Positions 61,891 to 64,000 of a DNA stretch of 64,000 nucleotides are shown here, piece by piece. Location of the stretch: the NCBI RefSeq assembly GCF_902713615.1, contig NW_024055453.1, positions 1-64,000 on the forward strand, read 5' to 3'. The notes under the pieces are model-generated. The model ran no database searches, was not told the origin of the DNA, and saw only the letters and a list, made by a program, of their open reading frames with translations. The position numbers and the translations under genes were made by a program. How positions within the stretch are numbered: position 1 is the stretch's first letter; each line of letters begins with the position of its first letter. The DNA comes from Scyliorhinus canicula. Lineage: Eukaryota.

Positions 61891-62095
61891 GTGTTGGTGT
61901 CCATGGCTGGTGGCTGCCGTCTCCTCTGAACGGTTCACTGGTGTCGGTGTCCATGGCTGGTAGCTGCCGTCTCCTCTGAACGGTTCACTGGTGTCAGTGT
62001 CCATGGCCGGTGGCTGCCGTCTCCTCTGAACGGTTCACTGGTGTTGGTGTCCATGGCTGGTGGCTGCAGTGTCCTCTGAACGGTTCACTGGTGTG
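61891..62095. repeat. 50-bp tandem repeat x4
   Basis: ccatgg recurs at 61901, 61951, 62001 and 62051. Confidence 0.95.
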
Positions 62096-62936
62096 AGCCA
62101 GATTTCGATGTTTGGATGAAGCCAATCACTTTGAAATCTCCTTGTTCTTGAGAGCCATTGTTAATTGTTGCACACAGTTGGGTTACGACTGGCTCATAAT
62201 GTCCAATTGTATAAGTGTTAAAAATGTCTTCTTTCAGGGGCTATGCTCAAGACATTGTCCTTGGCTGAGATAACAGGTCTGTCCTGTGTTTGTCAGTCAG
62301 CAAGTTGACATAGAAGCTTTCTTCAGAATACAGAGGGAGAGCTATTTCTGGAATATGCCATACATTTCTGATGATTTTACATAAGTCGATTAAACTGTGA
62401 TTTCTAACAATCTATTACTTGGATTGAACTTGTCTCCATTCCTGGTCTGAGGGGATTTCTGGACAAGATGGGAGATGGGAAAGATAACATTCTGAACTCT
62501 CAATTCTCCACCAATTCCCATTCCCTTTCTGGGCGATAACAGAGGCTTCACTGTGTGTAATGTACAAATCAGTGAGAATTGGCAGCAAGGGCTGATCAGC
62601 ACTTTCTAATCGGAAATGTTAATCAGTGGAACAAATCAGACACTGAATTGTAGATTTTGTACCAAAGGTCATTTTGTGATTGAAGGAAAAGTCCAGAACA
62701 TTGTTGTAAACTAATTTCCAATGAGAGTTTCTGAATTATGGGGAAAGATCACAGACAGCGTTTCCAGAATTCTGCAGCCCCGAGAACACAATCAGCTATA
62801 GATCCAGAATAATTAATTCCAGCTCAGCTAAACAGTGGATTAACATTAGCAGAAACAAACCCCATCTGTCAGAACGAATGTTATTCGGGCCTAGTTGTCA
62901 GTAACAGCGGCAATAACAGCAGATCCAATCCCTGAG

Positions 62937-63770
62937 TCACTTGTGACGTCGCTGGTGTTTCAGCAATTGGGATGAATCAATGAACCCCTTCCCACACTCG
63001 GGGCAGATGAACGGCCTTTCCCCAGTGTGAACCCGTTCATGTCTCAGCAGTTGGGATGAATCAGTGAATCCTTTCCCACACTCGGAGCAGGTGAATGGCC
63101 TTTCCCCAGTGTGAATCTGTTCATGTCTCAGCAACTGGCATGAATCAGTGAAGCCCTTCCCACACTCGGAGCAGGTGAACGGCCTCTCCCCACTGTGAAC
63201 CCGCTGGTGTAATGCTAGGTTAGATGACTGAGTGAATCCCCTCCCACACAAAGAGCAGGTGAATGGTCGCTCCCCTCTGTGAATTCGTTGGTGTACGATG
63301 AAGCTGCTAGAATGCCTGAAGCTCTTTCCACAGTCAGTGCAGCTGAATGGTTTCTCCCCAGTGTGAACTCGCTGGTGTTTCTGCAGGGTGGATGAAAGCC
63401 TAAAGCTCATTCCACAGTCAGTGCAGCTGAATGGTTTCTCCCCAGTGTGAATTCGCTGGTGTGACACTAGGTTGGATGAGTTAATGAATCCCTTCCCACA
63501 CACAGAGCAGGTGAATGGCCTCTCCCCAGTGTGAACCCGCTTGTGTAATGCTAAGTGTGTTGACCGAGCGAATCCCTTCCCACACACAGAGCAGGTGAAT
63601 GGCCTCTCCCCAGTATGAACCCGCTGGTGTATTGCTAAGTTTGACGACCGAGTGAATCCCTTCCCACACACGGAGCAGGTGAACGGCCTGTCTCCACTGT
63701 GAGCGCGTCGATGAGTTACCAGCTGGGAGGGGAAGGTGAATACCTCCCCACATTTCCACAGTTTCTCCAT
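62937..63770 (-). CDS. Intact tandem C2H2 zinc-finger protein (MEKLWKC start; 9 canonical fingers plus 1 degenerate; 277 aa)
   Basis: Uninterrupted ORF 62937-63830; ACCATGG start. Confidence 0.9.
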   Translation of the reverse strand: MEKLWKCGEVFTFPSQLVTHRRAHSGDRPFTCSVCGKGFTRSSNLAIHQRVHTGERPFTCSVCGKGFARSTHLALHKRVHTGERPFTCSVCGKGFINSSNLVSHQRIHTGEKPFSCTDCGMSFRLSSTLQKHQRVHTGEKPFSCTDCGKSFRHSSSFIVHQRIHRGERPFTCSLCGRGFTQSSNLALHQRVHSGERPFTCSECGKGFTDSCQLLRHEQIHTGERPFTCSECGKGFTDSSQLLRHERVHTGERPFICPECGKGFIDSSQLLKHQRRHK

Positions 63771-64000
63771 GGTGCCAGTGTCCTTGTGTCTCTCCACACA
63801 GAACAAGTGTACAGTTTCTTCCCAGAGCAATTAAGTTATATTTTTTCAAGCTGTGTAAGTGCTACAGTCAGTTTTCAGGAGCACACATTCGGGTGTTAGT
63901 GTTTCTCGGTGTTCTTCAAGTCACACTGATATTTTAAATCTTTTTCCAAATGAGAACCTTCTTCTTTCCACATTCAGAAGTTGATGATATTCAGGTCCTG

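Noticed and set aside
62937-63770. Assigning PRDM9 or a named ZNF symbol to any array
   Set aside because: No SET, KRAB or SSXRD domain; fingers are not homogenised; orthology cannot be inferred from generic C2H2 repeats
2994-63849. Overlapping ORFs reading '[19 protein letters not shown]' or '[11 protein letters not shown]'
   Set aside because: Alternative-frame shadows of 84-bp finger repeats, not independent genes

Overview
Eukaryotic DNA from a cartilaginous fish (shark). This assignment rests on HE1/V-SINE-type SINEs, CR1, L2, L1/Tx1 and Penelope-like retroelements. The window is a dense birth-and-death cluster of tandem C2H2 zinc-finger genes with TGE[KR]P linkers and no recognisable KRAB, SCAN or BTB exon. 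It has 9 finger arrays: 3 look intact (35.0-36.2, 38.6-39.5 and 62.9-63.8 kb) and the rest are truncated or frameshifted. There are also several relics. The genes are often arranged head-to-head around small CpG-rich promoters with NRF1/YY1/ETS/CCAAT/GC-box motifs. Most unusual signals: (i) an intron-containing tRNA-Pro(CGG) copy joined to a SINE and inserted into a ZNF exon; (ii) an 80-bp inverted repeat placing an intact minimal hammerhead ribozyme core on each strand, related to Penelope termini; (iii) a shared leader of degenerate fingers with recurrent in-frame TGA codons upstream of the MEKPWKC start; (iv) a near-invariant ~120-bp upstream block/micro-exon shared by divergent ZNF paralogues; (v) one SINE head joined to three different 3' tails. 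Coordinates were read by eye and repeat boundaries are approximate. No database searches were run.
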